Below are positions 1 to 9,816 of a stretch of 64,000 nt of DNA, one piece after another. Below the pieces are notes generated by a model. The model did not search any database and was not told the origin of the DNA. It saw only the letters and a list, made by a program, of their open reading frames with translations. This stretch comes from an uncultured Acidimicrobiia bacterium (GTDB lineage: Bacteria > Actinomycetota > Acidimicrobiia > Spongiisociales > UBA5794): positions 410,325 to 474,324 of the forward strand of contig CAWBVU010000006.1 of NCBI GenBank assembly GCA_963792405.1, in the 5' to 3' direction. The translations under genes were made by a program, and so were the position numbers. Every line of letters starts with the position of its first letter. The stretch's first letter is position 1.

Positions 1-94
1 GCGGCCCGATACGATCGGTGGTCGTCGGCATCGTCGACGACGTGCACGAGGTACAAGACACGGACTAGGCGGACCCCTCGGTAGCCTGCCGCGC

Positions 95-466
95 ATGGTC
101 AGGATCCGTCTGTGCGCCGTCGGCGTCGTACTCGCCGTGGTGGCGTCCTCATGCGGGGGAGGCATCTCTGCCGACACCTGCGACGAGGTCGTGGATGTGA
201 CCATGGACCTGATCCAGAGGCTGATCGACGATGTCGACGGCGAGTTCGGCGACCTGACGGTCACGGAGTTCCTCGCGAGCGGCGAGGACCTGCCGTCCGT
301 GTCCCACTTCGGGGAGGACGCCGCGAGGATCGATGAGATCGCGGTGGAGCTGGGCTGCGATCCCTCCGCCATCGCCGCTGGCGTCGATGCGAGGATCGGA
401 GAGCTCACGGCGACCACCGACCTCGGGAGGTTCCTCATCGATGCCCTCCGAGCGGGAGGCCTCTGA
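95..466 (+). CDS. hypothetical lipoprotein (signal peptide with LAVVASSC lipobox)
   Basis: ORF 95..466; N-terminal hydrophobic stretch followed by Cys lipobox; acidic mature part; weak RBS. Confidence 0.45.
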   Translation: MVRIRLCAVGVVLAVVASSCGGGISADTCDEVVDVTMDLIQRLIDDVDGEFGDLTVTEFLASGEDLPSVSHFGEDAARIDEIAVELGCDPSAIAAGVDARIGELTATTDLGRFLIDALRAGGL

Positions 467-474
467 CCGGGCGC

Positions 475-1146
475 CTACAGCAACGCGGCCGCCGTCTCGT
501 CGAGGATCCACAGGACGCGTTCGCGTGCCGTCACCCTGCCCGCTGGGAGGTCCTCACCCGATGCGACTGCGGCCATCGCCTCGGCCTTGGAATCCCCCGA
601 GACCAGGAAGAGCACGACGTCGGCTGCCGAGAGGAGGCTGAAGGTCGCCGTGAGTCGCCATGCATCGAGGGTCGGGACGAAGTTCGCGACGTATGACGGC
701 GTCGACGCGTCGAGCGCACGGGTTCCGGGGAAGAGCGAGGCGGTGTGCCCATCTGCGCCCATCCCGAGCATCACCACCGACCTGCGAGACCGATCGGTGA
801 CCATCGGCACCACGCGATCGGCGTAGGCGCGTGCCACATCGGCGGGGTTGCGTGTCCGCGTGTCCGGTGCGAGGAAGTCGACGCCGACACGATCGACCAG
901 GGACTCGCGGGCCATTCGCTGGTTCGCATCCGGGTCGTCGGGCCGCACCCATCGCTCGTCGGTGAGCCACGCCACCGTGTGCGACCAATCGAGATCACGC
1001 TCCGCGAGGATCTCGTGCATCGCCCGCGGCGTCGTGCCCCCGGCGAGTCCGAGGATCAGGCGATCGGAGGACTCGATCTCACCCTGTACGATGTCCGCAG
1101 CGGTCGATGCGAGATCTCCCGGGTCTCCGACGACGATCCGTTCCAT
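475..1146 (-). CDS. pgl: 6-phosphogluconolactonase
   Basis: Motifs LILGLAGGTTP and GMGADGHTASLFPG typical of the Pgl/NagB family; start moved to internal ATG (MERIVVGDPG) inside the longer ORF 475..1401. Confidence 0.85.
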   Translation of the reverse strand: MERIVVGDPGDLASTAADIVQGEIESSDRLILGLAGGTTPRAMHEILAERDLDWSHTVAWLTDERWVRPDDPDANQRMARESLVDRVGVDFLAPDTRTRNPADVARAYADRVVPMVTDRSRRSVVMLGMGADGHTASLFPGTRALDASTPSYVANFVPTLDAWRLTATFSLLSAADVVLFLVSGDSKAEAMAAVASGEDLPAGRVTARERVLWILDETAAALL

Positions 1147-1204
1147 CCCGCAAAGATACGCCCCGCTGTCGGCGCCGCGAACGGTGGGTGACGAAACGAG
1201 GACC

Positions 1205-1939
1205 ATGGAAGACGGCGCCATCGGGTGGCTGCGCGAGGGGGATCCGGCGATGGAGGGACGGACGACGAGAATCGAGGTCCCGACGGCCCACGGCTCCGTC
1301 AGCGCCGTGCTCTCCGGCCCGGACGGCGGGGGTGCGCAGGTCGGCATCGCCCTCGCGCACGGCGCAGGGGCGGGGATCGACCACCCGTGGATGGTCGCCA
1401 TGCGTGAACGGCTGGCTGCACGCGGCTTCCTCGTCCTCGCCTTCGAGTACGCCTACATGGCGCAGGGGAGGAAGGCCCCCGATCGACTCCCCAAGCTCCT
1501 CGACGTCCACGAGTCCGCCGTCGGGGCCCTCGCCGAGCACGCCGACACCGTGGTGCTGGCGGGCAAGTCCATGGGCGGGCGCGTCGGGGGACACCTCGCC
1601 GCCGAGCGCGGGGTCCACTGCGACGGGCTCATCTACCTCGGCTACCCCCTCGTCGCCATGGGAGCCCGTGAACCGAGACCCACCGGGCACCTCTCCGAGC
1701 TTGCCGCACCCCAGCTGTTCGTCTCCGGTGACAGGGACACCCTCGGACCCCTCGATCTCATCACGGAGGTCGCGTCGTCGGTACCCGACGGACGGCTCGT
1801 CGTCATCGAGTCCGGTGACCACTCCCTCGTGCCGCTGAAGCGGTCAGGCCGCACCCTTGGCGACACCCTCGACGAGGCCGTGGCGGCCATCGCGGAGTGG
1901 ATCGACGACCGTGTCGCTCACGACGACGGCGGTACGTAG
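1205..1939 (+). CDS. alpha/beta hydrolase (dienelactone-hydrolase-like / KANL3-Tex30-type)
   Basis: GKSMGG nucleophile elbow, GDRD and SGDHS motifs; start set at internal ATG MEDGAIG of ORF 848..1939. Confidence 0.7.
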   Translation: MEDGAIGWLREGDPAMEGRTTRIEVPTAHGSVSAVLSGPDGGGAQVGIALAHGAGAGIDHPWMVAMRERLAARGFLVLAFEYAYMAQGRKAPDRLPKLLDVHESAVGALAEHADTVVLAGKSMGGRVGGHLAAERGVHCDGLIYLGYPLVAMGAREPRPTGHLSELAAPQLFVSGDRDTLGPLDLITEVASSVPDGRLVVIESGDHSLVPLKRSGRTLGDTLDEAVAAIAEWIDDRVAHDDGGT

Positions 1940-2811
1940 CGCCCCGCCATCACGCGGCCCTTGATGGTGCGCAGCTCCCAGATCGAGGCCTTCTCCCACA
2001 TCGGTTCCCCATCCATCGGCACGCCTGCGGCGAACATGTGGCCGACGAGGTGCTCGATCACGTCCCCGTGCGTGCACAGGATCGCCGCCTCCCCCTGGAG
2101 CTCGTGGATCAGCGCGACGAGGCGATGCGGATGGGAGCCCTCGATGAGGGCGGGCTCGAACTCGACAGGGATGCCGAGCCGCTTCGAAAGGGGACGCATC
2201 GTCTGCATGCAGCGCTTGTAGTCGGATGAGCCGATCCGGGTGATCGGATGCGCCTGCAGCAGCTGTCGCAGGTCCTTGCGCTGCTGCTTGCCCACCGCAT
2301 CGAGCGGGCGGGCCCAGTCGTCCTCGATGGGCCCGGTTCGCTTCCCTGCCTCGCCATGGCGGACGAGGTAGATCATGCCGGCGGACCGTTCGAGGACCAT
2401 GTCGTTCGCCCGATCGAGCACCTCACGGTCGTTGCGATAGGTCAGGCGTGTGAGGCCCTTCTCGAACCGCACCCACTTGACCTTGTCGACCTCCTGGTTC
2501 GGCGTGAAGACCCCCTCGGACGCCTCACCGACCCACCACCGGACCACCTTGGGGTTGCCGTTCATCGTGTGGTAGGCGATCGTCCCCACGAGGCGGGGAT
2601 GGAGCGCCTCGAAGCCGGTCTCCTCGAAGGTCTCGCGGACGGCGCCCTCGAGGAACGACTCGTGCTTGTCGAGCTTTCCCTTCGGGAGCGTCCAGTCGTC
2701 GTACAGGGGCCGGTGGATGACGAGGTATTCGGGTGTGCCGTCGTCGCGGAAGCGGTACAGGACGCATCCCGCTGCCCAGATCGATTCCTTGGGGGGCGGT
2801 TCGACGTCCAT
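1918..2811 (-). CDS. NUDIX hydrolase fused to SixA-type histidine phosphatase
   Basis: N-terminal Nudix box (GKLDKHESFLEGAVRETFEETG), C-terminal LVRHGEAG phosphohistidine phosphatase motif; start at MDVEPPP. Confidence 0.7.
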   Translation of the reverse strand: MDVEPPPKESIWAAGCVLYRFRDDGTPEYLVIHRPLYDDWTLPKGKLDKHESFLEGAVRETFEETGFEALHPRLVGTIAYHTMNGNPKVVRWWVGEASEGVFTPNQEVDKVKWVRFEKGLTRLTYRNDREVLDRANDMVLERSAGMIYLVRHGEAGKRTGPIEDDWARPLDAVGKQQRKDLRQLLQAHPITRIGSSDYKRCMQTMRPLSKRLGIPVEFEPALIEGSHPHRLVALIHELQGEAAILCTHGDVIEHLVGHMFAAGVPMDGEPMWEKASIWELRTIKGRVMAGRYVPPSS

Positions 2812-2818
2812 GGGCGTG

Positions 2819-3268
2819 TCAACCCCGATTGCGGTCAAGCTCCACCACCTTGCGCAGCCTGCGGGCATGGCGTTCCTCGCCGGAGAACCTGGCGGCGATG
2901 AACGTGTCGACGATCTCGCTCGCGGTGACGACGCCGATCACCCTGGCTCCGAGCGCAAGGACGTTCATGTCGTCGTGCTCGACGGCCTGGTGGGCGGTGT
3001 ACTGGTCATGGACGACCGCACAGCGCGCACCCGTGACCTTGTTGGCGGCGATCGATGCCCCGGCTCCCGATCCGCAGACCACGATGCCGCGTTCGGCCTC
3101 GCCCCCGACCACCGCACGTGCCACCGCGGCCGCATAGTCGGGGTAGTCGACCGGCTCGGTCGAGTCCGTACCCACGTCGATGATCGTGTGCCCCGCATCC
3201 TCGAGATGTGACACGAGCATCTCTTTCAGCGGGAATCCGGCGTGGTCCGCGCCGATGACGATGCGCAC
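2819..3268 (-). CDS. rpiB: ribose-5-phosphate isomerase B
   Basis: RIVIGADHAGF...VCGSGAGASIAANK RpiB/LacAB signature; GTG start preceded by GGAGGAG RBS; co-directional with the Nudix gene. Confidence 0.85.
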   Translation of the reverse strand: MRIVIGADHAGFPLKEMLVSHLEDAGHTIIDVGTDSTEPVDYPDYAAAVARAVVGGEAERGIVVCGSGAGASIAANKVTGARCAVVHDQYTAHQAVEHDDMNVLALGARVIGVVTASEIVDTFIAARFSGEERHARRLRKVVELDRNRG

Positions 3269-3356
3269 GATGCTCCTCCGGTCCGGTGGTTCATGTCCTG
3301 AGGTGGGGCAGCGTAGCCCGACCGAGGTGTACGCCCTCTGCCCTAGCCTCATCGGC

Positions 3357-3878
3357 ATGCGGACGATGCTGCCGAAGTCCTCCGTCGTCCTCGCGATCGC
3401 CCTGGTCGCCGTGGCGTGCTCGTCGGGTCCATCGGCGCCCCCGACGGACCCCGTGCGGGAGGTGTGCACCGAGGCGTTCTGCCTCGACGTCCCCGCAGGG
3501 TGGGATGGGGAGGTGGCCGACACGTTCATCTCGTTCCACCACGAGCTCCTTCCGGATGGGACGTTCCTCACGGCCAACGTGGTCGACATGGAGGCCATCG
3601 TGACCGCGGCGGGCGGCACGTGGCCCGTGCCGACCGACGAGGCAGTCACGGCGTTCTGGTCCCTCCTCGAGGACGTCGACGAGGGGGAACTGGCCCGGAC
3701 CGAGCGCATGGTCGGGGGCGCTGTGCGGTCCTGGGGTCGCCACAGCACGGGGGACATGTGGTATCTCCTCGCCGCGGTCGGGGGATCGAAGGGCATCGGC
3801 GTGGAGTTGCGCGCGCCCAACGACTCATGGGAGGCGCACGCCGACGTGGTGTTCTCCTCGGTCGCTCCCGTTCCCTGA
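3357..3878 (+). CDS. hypothetical lipoprotein
   Basis: MRTMLPKSSVVLAIALVAVACSSGP signal peptide with lipobox; no recognisable domain. Confidence 0.55.
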   Translation: MRTMLPKSSVVLAIALVAVACSSGPSAPPTDPVREVCTEAFCLDVPAGWDGEVADTFISFHHELLPDGTFLTANVVDMEAIVTAAGGTWPVPTDEAVTAFWSLLEDVDEGELARTERMVGGAVRSWGRHSTGDMWYLLAAVGGSKGIGVELRAPNDSWEAHADVVFSSVAPVP

Positions 3879-3964
3879 TCACGGTCACCGGATCCCGGCG
3901 GATCGGATCGGGTGCCACCGCCCAAAGACGCCCCATAGGGGCCGGTCGACGTAACCTCCCGTGG

Positions 3965-5218
3965 ATGTCCGACTCGATCGTGGTTCGTGGTGGCCGGTCG
4001 CTCCACGGTTCGGTACCGATCCTTGGCGCCAAGAACGCCGTGCTCAAGCACATGGTGGCCTCGTTGCTCGCGCCCGGCGTCCACACGATCGAGAACGTGC
4101 CCGGCATCCTCGACGTGCGCATCATGGGCGACGTCATCGAGCACGTCGGGGCGTCGTGCAGGCTCGACGGCACCACCCTCGTCATCGACGTACCGGAGGA
4201 TCCGAACCCCGAGGCACCCCTCGACCTCGTCCGTCAGATGCGAGCGTCGATCCTCGTTCTCGGCGCCCTGCTCGCCCGTACCGGCGAGGCGCGGGTCGCC
4301 CTCCCCGGTGGCGACGACTTCGGCTCCCGCCCGATCGACCTCCACGTCCGCGGCCTCGAGGCCATGGGTGCCGAGTTCGCGCTCCGGCACGGGGTCCTCC
4401 ACGCCTCCGCGCCCGATGGGCTCCACGGCACCGAGGTGTTCCTCGAGATCCCATCCGTCGGCGCCACGGAGAACCTCCTGCTGGCCGCCGTGCTCGCCGA
4501 TGGCACCACGGTCATCGGCAACGCAGCCCGCGAACCGGAACTCGCCGACCTCGCCGAGTACCTCCAGAAGATGGGGGCGAAGATCGACGGAGCGGGCACG
4601 TCCACCATCGAGGTCCACGGGGTTCCGCAGCTCTCGCCTGCGACCCATCGCACCGTCCCCGATCGCCTCGAAGCGGGGACGTACCTCGTCGCAGCGGCGA
4701 TGACCCGAGGCACCGTCACCGTGACGGGTTGCCGACCGGAGCACCTGCGGATGGAGCTCTCGAAGCTCGAGGCCACGGGGTGCGAGATCGAGATCGGCGA
4801 GTCGACCGTGACCGTGACGGGGCCGGATCGGCCGACCGCGGTCGATGTCGCCACGCTCCCGTTCCCCGGCTTCCACACCGACATGCATCCACAGATGGTC
4901 GCGTACCTGTCCGTTGCGAACGGCACGTCACTCGTCACCGAGAACATCTACTCGGGCAGGTTCCGGTACCTGGGTGAGCTGAACCGGATGGGGGCCGAGA
5001 TCAACGCGGACGGCCAGCACGTCGTGATCCGCGGGGTCGAGGACCTGTCGGGGTGCGAGGTCGACGGATGCGACATCCGTGCCGCCGCCGCCCTCACGAT
5101 TGCGGGCTTGCGGGCCGACGGGGAGACCGTCATCACGAACGCCAGTCATGTCGACCGCGGATACGACGGGTTCGTCGCGAAGCTGGCGTCGCTCGGTGCC
5201 GACATCGCACGGTCATGA
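3965..5218 (+). CDS. murA: UDP-N-acetylglucosamine 1-carboxyvinyltransferase
   Basis: Full-length MurA/EPSP-synthase-fold protein (418 aa) beginning MSDSIVVRGG; internal ATG of ORF 3416..5218. Confidence 0.95.
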   Translation: MSDSIVVRGGRSLHGSVPILGAKNAVLKHMVASLLAPGVHTIENVPGILDVRIMGDVIEHVGASCRLDGTTLVIDVPEDPNPEAPLDLVRQMRASILVLGALLARTGEARVALPGGDDFGSRPIDLHVRGLEAMGAEFALRHGVLHASAPDGLHGTEVFLEIPSVGATENLLLAAVLADGTTVIGNAAREPELADLAEYLQKMGAKIDGAGTSTIEVHGVPQLSPATHRTVPDRLEAGTYLVAAAMTRGTVTVTGCRPEHLRMELSKLEATGCEIEIGESTVTVTGPDRPTAVDVATLPFPGFHTDMHPQMVAYLSVANGTSLVTENIYSGRFRYLGELNRMGAEINADGQHVVIRGVEDLSGCEVDGCDIRAAAALTIAGLRADGETVITNASHVDRGYDGFVAKLASLGADIARS

Positions 5219-6561
5219 CACGCGGCGCGTGGCGGTCCGCCGTGCTCGCCCTCGCTGTCACCCTGACGGCGACGCTGGCGACGAGTCCTGCGCATGCGGC
5301 CACTCCGGACCAGGCTCCGGTCGTCACCGTCGAGCTCCGGGGGGACGACACGACCAGGTTCGTCGTCGACGGTCGGCGATACGCCGGCCCTGTGGTCTTC
5401 ACCCGCCTGGCCGACGGCATCACCCTCACGGAGCGGGTGTCGATCGAGCAGTACCTCGAGGGCATCGCGGAGATGCCGTTCTCATGGGAGGTGGAGGCGC
5501 TCGCGGCCCAAGCCGTCGCCGCGAGGACCTACCTGACCCGCACCCTCCTGGGCGGGCGGCGAGGCGACGCTGCGGCCCACGCCTACGACATCTGTGCGAC
5601 GAGCCGATGCCAGGTGTATCGAGGCGTGCAGTACGTCGAGGGCGAGGGCGGTGATCGTTGGCGGCGCGCCGTGAACGCCACAGAGGACGAGCTCGTCCTC
5701 TACGGGGGTCGACCGATCGAGGCGGTGTACACCTCGATGGTCGGCACGCGATCGAGGGCCAACCAGGACGTGTGGCCGTCGGATCCCGTGCCCTACCTCC
5801 AGCCCGTCGACTCACCGGAGGCGGGGAGGGCACCCTTCGCGCGGTGGGCGATCGAGGTCTCGGCTGCGCAGTTCGTCGAGATCCTGCGCGCCGACGGACT
5901 CGAGGTCGGAGGTGCACTCGTCGACATCGTCGTGGACGATCCTCCCGAGGGGGAGGGCAGGACCACGCTCACGATCATCACGGAGGGAGGGACCGACTCG
6001 ATCCTCGCCCCGGAGATGAAGGGATCGTTCAACCGACACGGTGATGTCCTGTACCCGGGAGCCCTTCCCGCCACGACCTCGGAGGGGCGACGGCTGCCCG
6101 AGCCATTGCCCTCCTACACCTACGACATCGAGAGGATCGAGATCCGCGAGCGTCCCGTCGATCGCTTCCTCGCGGCGGGCGATCGATCCGGGTCCGACGT
6201 CGTCCGCATCGTCGGTGAGGGGTGGGGCCACGGGGTGGGGATGAGCCAATGGGGAGCGCAGATCATGGCGGTCGATGGGGCGACCCACGAGGAGATCCTC
6301 ACCCACTACTACACGGGGACGACGGTCTCACCCGCCCCTGACCTCGTACCCGACACGGTCGTGGTGGGCCTCTCGACGGGTGCCACCGACGTCGTCGTCG
6401 ACGTCGAGGGAACGGCATCCCTGTTGGTCAACGGAATCCCGTTCACCTCGGTCGCCGCCGGCACGTGGGTGGTGCGCTCGGTGTCCGGCGCCCTGGCCCT
6501 CATCCCCGGTGATGGCGCACCCGCCGTCGCGCCGTTCGATACGAGGCCCTGGCCGAGGTAG
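5215..6561 (+). CDS. SpoIID/LytB domain protein (secreted)
   Basis: Signal peptide; EQYLEGIAEMPFSWEVEALAAQAVAARTYL and DICATSRCQVY SpoIID/LytB motifs; ATGA overlap with murA stop. Confidence 0.8.
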   Translation: MTRGAWRSAVLALAVTLTATLATSPAHAATPDQAPVVTVELRGDDTTRFVVDGRRYAGPVVFTRLADGITLTERVSIEQYLEGIAEMPFSWEVEALAAQAVAARTYLTRTLLGGRRGDAAAHAYDICATSRCQVYRGVQYVEGEGGDRWRRAVNATEDELVLYGGRPIEAVYTSMVGTRSRANQDVWPSDPVPYLQPVDSPEAGRAPFARWAIEVSAAQFVEILRADGLEVGGALVDIVVDDPPEGEGRTTLTIITEGGTDSILAPEMKGSFNRHGDVLYPGALPATTSEGRRLPEPLPSYTYDIERIEIRERPVDRFLAAGDRSGSDVVRIVGEGWGHGVGMSQWGAQIMAVDGATHEEILTHYYTGTTVSPAPDLVPDTVVVGLSTGATDVVVDVEGTASLLVNGIPFTSVAAGTWVVRSVSGALALIPGDGAPAVAPFDTRPWPR

Positions 6562-6634
6562 GGCCCCGGCCGAGGCAGGGTCGCCGGCCTGCCACATCCG
6601 GCCCCCGCGCCACGGCATGCGATCCCCTCGCCGG

Positions 6635-7372
6635 TCACTCGGTACGGAAGAAGCGGAGCGTCAACGTCGTGAAGGCCGCCGTGAGCAGGCCGACGACGAG
6701 CCAGGACAGGCCGGCGTCGAGCCCGAGCCACCCGTCCTGGAGCACCCGCACACCGTGGCGAAGCGGCGTGAGCTCCCCGATGGTCCCCATGGCACCGGAG
6801 AGGACCTCCGGAGGAGGACCGGCACCGCCGATCATGAGCAGCACGAACCAGACCAGGACGCCGAGGGCCTGGGCCGCCCGCGCCGTGGGCAGCACCGCCC
6901 CGAGCAGGACGCCGAGGGACGCGAACATCAGCGCCGAAGCGACGAACCCGAGGAGGACGAGACCGGGGCGGTCCGGACCTGCGACCTCGTGGACCGGCAT
7001 CGCGACGGCCACGAGCACGACGCCCGAGACGGTCGCGATCACGAATGTCGTGACGACGGACGCACCGACGATCACCCATGCGGGCAGCGAGGACGCCACA
7101 TACCGCTTCAGCACCCCCCTGTCGCGGTTGCCCGCCAGATGGGCGGGAAGGCTGATCAGCCCCACGGAGGCCGTGACCAGTGCGATGTAGGCCGGGACGT
7201 AGTAGTCCATCGCCCCGACCCCTCTGTAGACGTCCACCTCCGCGTCGTTGCCGAACACGCCCCCCATGACGAACAGCACGAGGAGGGGGAGGGCGAGCGC
7301 GAACAGGACGGTGAGCGGCTCGCGCATGAAGAGCTTGAGCTCGAGCCACGACAGCCTCGCGAGGAGCCTCAC
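6635..7372 (-). CDS. ABC-2 type transporter permease
   Basis: About 6 TM helices, ABC-2 family length and topology; 4-nt overlap with upstream ATPase gene. Confidence 0.8.
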   Translation of the reverse strand: MRLLARLSWLELKLFMREPLTVLFALALPLLVLFVMGGVFGNDAEVDVYRGVGAMDYYVPAYIALVTASVGLISLPAHLAGNRDRGVLKRYVASSLPAWVIVGASVVTTFVIATVSGVVLVAVAMPVHEVAGPDRPGLVLLGFVASALMFASLGVLLGAVLPTARAAQALGVLVWFVLLMIGGAGPPPEVLSGAMGTIGELTPLRHGVRVLQDGWLGLDAGLSWLVVGLLTAAFTTLTLRFFRTE

Positions 7373-8295
7373 GTGGAGGGCTCCCCGCCGTCGGTCAGCG
7401 CCAGGAACACGTCCTCGAGGGTCGGGCGGTCAGCGCGCAGGTCCATCGGTTCAATGCCGTGTCCGACGAGGGCCGCACCGACGTGGGCGAGGACGGGGCC
7501 ATCGCCCCGCACCTCGTACCGGAGGCCATCGGTGTCCACCGCGGTGACATGCGGAACGGCATCGAGCCACGGAAGGGGGTCCCCGGCGTGGGTGAACCGC
7601 ACGCGAACGCCGCCGCCGAACTCGTCGACGAGCGCACCCGGGGTCCCGGCTGCGACGACCAATCCGTGATCGATCACCACCAGCCGGTCGCACAGCCGTT
7701 CGGCCTCATCCATGAAGTGCGTGACGAGGACGACGGTCGTGCCCCTGTCCCGCACGCGTCGTATGAGGTCCCAGGCGACCCTGCGGGACGCCGGGTCGAG
7801 TCCCGTCGTCATCTCATCGAGGAACACGACATCAGGCTCGTTCGCAAGCGCCAGTGCGACGAACAAGCGCTGCTGTTGGCCTCCGGAGAGGTTGGCGAAG
7901 CGGGTGTTCGCCTTGTCGACGAGCCCCCAGTCCGAAAGGAGGGTGGCCACGTCCGGTCCACGCTCGCTCATGGACCCGATCAGGTCGAGCGCCTCCCACA
8001 CCTTCATCCGCTCCGGCAGCGCGGACTCCTGGAGCTGCGAGCCCACCCTCCGCCGGAGGTCCCGGGCATGGCGGCGCGGGTCGTATCCCAACACGGACAC
8101 CGTTCCCCCATCGGCGTGGCGGAGTCCCTGGAGGCACTCGACGGTGGTCGTCTTCCCTGCCCCATTGGGGCCGAGGATCCCGAAGATCTCGCCCCTCCCC
8201 ACCGCGAACGAGACGTCGGACACGGCGGTGACACCGCCGTAGGCCTTCCTGAGGTGCTCGACGGACACGACCGCGTCGGTGGTGGTCACCCGCAC
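7369..8295 (-). CDS. ABC transporter ATP-binding protein
   Basis: Walker A GPNGAGKTT, signature LSGGQQQR, Walker B VVFLDEMT. Confidence 0.9.
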   Translation of the reverse strand: MRVTTTDAVVSVEHLRKAYGGVTAVSDVSFAVGRGEIFGILGPNGAGKTTTVECLQGLRHADGGTVSVLGYDPRRHARDLRRRVGSQLQESALPERMKVWEALDLIGSMSERGPDVATLLSDWGLVDKANTRFANLSGGQQQRLFVALALANEPDVVFLDEMTTGLDPASRRVAWDLIRRVRDRGTTVVLVTHFMDEAERLCDRLVVIDHGLVVAAGTPGALVDEFGGGVRVRFTHAGDPLPWLDAVPHVTAVDTDGLRYEVRGDGPVLAHVGAALVGHGIEPMDLRADRPTLEDVFLALTDGGEPST

Positions 8296-8439
8296 ATCCT
8301 ACGCGGCGCCGCGGCTGCCGAGCCGACGGCGTCGTGACCTCACGGAAGCATTCCTCCTACGACGATGTTGCAAAAGAGCCGGGCACGTGGGGGTACCATG
8401 TGCGCACGGGAGAAGAGCCGTCAGGAGCACGGGACAGGG

Positions 8440-8727
8440 ATGGACGGAAGCATCATCGAAATCGCATTGCCCTCGGATGCGCCGAAGAGCGGCGAGTCCT
8501 CGGTCGACCGCGAGCAGCTCGAGACGACGCTGGAGTACATCCGGCCCGCTCTGCAGGCCGACGGCGGCGACATGATCCTCCTCGGCGTCGATGGCGGGAC
8601 GGTCAACCTCCAGCTGGTCGGTGCCTGCGGCGGCTGCCCGATCTCCGAGACGACCGTGACCGCGGGCATCGAGCGCATCCTCCGCGATCGGGTGCCGGGC
8701 GTCACCCACGTCGTCGCCACGGGCTGA
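8440..8727 (+). CDS. NifU C-terminal-domain (Nfu-type) Fe-S assembly protein
   Basis: LEYIRPALQADGGDMILLGVDGGTVNLQLVGACGGCP matches the NifU_C CxxC motif; start at internal ATG MDGSIIE. Confidence 0.75.
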   Translation: MDGSIIEIALPSDAPKSGESSVDREQLETTLEYIRPALQADGGDMILLGVDGGTVNLQLVGACGGCPISETTVTAGIERILRDRVPGVTHVVATG

Positions 8728-8843
8728 CCACGCGGCGTGCGAACCCCTGCCCGCATCCCGGGGCCCCCTCCGGCGCGTGCGTCCCATCGTGTGCCCCCGG
8801 GTGAGCCACCTCCCCGGATTCGGATGCGCCTACGATCACCGAG

Positions 8844-9770
8844 GTGACCACCGATGACCTCCTCGTCCAGGCCAGGGCCGGCGACATCCGATCCGTCGCC
8901 CGTCTGCTGAGCCAGGTCGAGGATCGGACCGTGATCGGAAGGGAGGCGTTCGCCGCGCTCTTCCCGAGCGCCGGGAACGCATGGGCGACCGGCATCACCG
9001 GTGCCCCGGGTGCAGGCAAGTCCACACTGGTGTCGGCGCTCATCCCACGTCTGGTACCGACCGAGGGTCGGCTGGCCGTGGTCGCGGTCGACCCGTCCAG
9101 CCCATTCAGTGGCGGGGCCATCCTCGGTGACCGGATCCGCATGGGGGGCCACATCGACGATTCGCGGGTGTACATCCGCTCCGTGGCCAACCGGGGTTCG
9201 CTCGGCGGCATCTCCGAGGCGACGCCGGCGATCATGGCGGTGCTCGACGCACTCGGCTTCGAGGAGTTGCTCGTCGAGACGGTCGGCGTCGGCCAATCAG
9301 AGGTGGAGGTCGCGACCGCGGCCGACACGACGGTGGTGGTCGTCAGCCCCGGCTGGGGCGATGCCATCCAGACGAGCAAGGCGGGCTTCCTCGAGGTCGC
9401 GGACGTCTTCGTCGTGAACAAGGCGGATCGTCCCGACGCCGAAGGTGCGGTGCGTGACCTCGAGGCGATGATCGCGCTCGGCCCCGGGAACGGATGGGTG
9501 CCTCCGGTCGTGGCGACCGTCGCCACGGACGGGTGGGGCGTGGCGGACCTCGCCGACGCAATCCACGCCCATCGGGACCACCTCGAGGCGTCGGGTGAAC
9601 GTACGCGACGGCGCCGCCGTCGCGCCGCTCGGGAGCTCGCCGCGGCGGTCCGCATGGCTGCGGAGGCATCGGTGGACGAGGCGGGAGCGCCGGAGGACCT
9701 CGTTGCCCGCATCGCCGCGCACGAGGTCGACCCGTGGACCGCAGCCGACGCCCTCGTGCGCATCCGGTAG
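8844..9770 (+). CDS. meaB: methylmalonyl-CoA-mutase-associated GTPase (MeaB/ArgK)
   Basis: G1 GAPGAGKST, VNKAD G4 motif and overall MeaB architecture; GTG start. Confidence 0.85.
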   Translation: MTTDDLLVQARAGDIRSVARLLSQVEDRTVIGREAFAALFPSAGNAWATGITGAPGAGKSTLVSALIPRLVPTEGRLAVVAVDPSSPFSGGAILGDRIRMGGHIDDSRVYIRSVANRGSLGGISEATPAIMAVLDALGFEELLVETVGVGQSEVEVATAADTTVVVVSPGWGDAIQTSKAGFLEVADVFVVNKADRPDAEGAVRDLEAMIALGPGNGWVPPVVATVATDGWGVADLADAIHAHRDHLEASGERTRRRRRRAARELAAAVRMAAEASVDEAGAPEDLVARIAAHEVDPWTAADALVRIR

Positions 9771-9816
9771 CCTGCGCGTAGACCGGACACACGTTCCCGA
9801 CGAAAAGGACCGCCAC

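Noticed and set aside
1-66. Possible 3' end of a plus-strand gene ending at a TAG near position 66
   Set aside because: Too short (about 20 codons) to assess; left unannotated.
2819-4888. 689-aa minus-strand ORF
   Set aside because: Only the last 150 codons (RpiB) are credible. The remainder is antisense to the lipoprotein and murA genes, with Arg/Pro/Gly-rich low-complexity translation typical of spurious ORFs in high-GC DNA.
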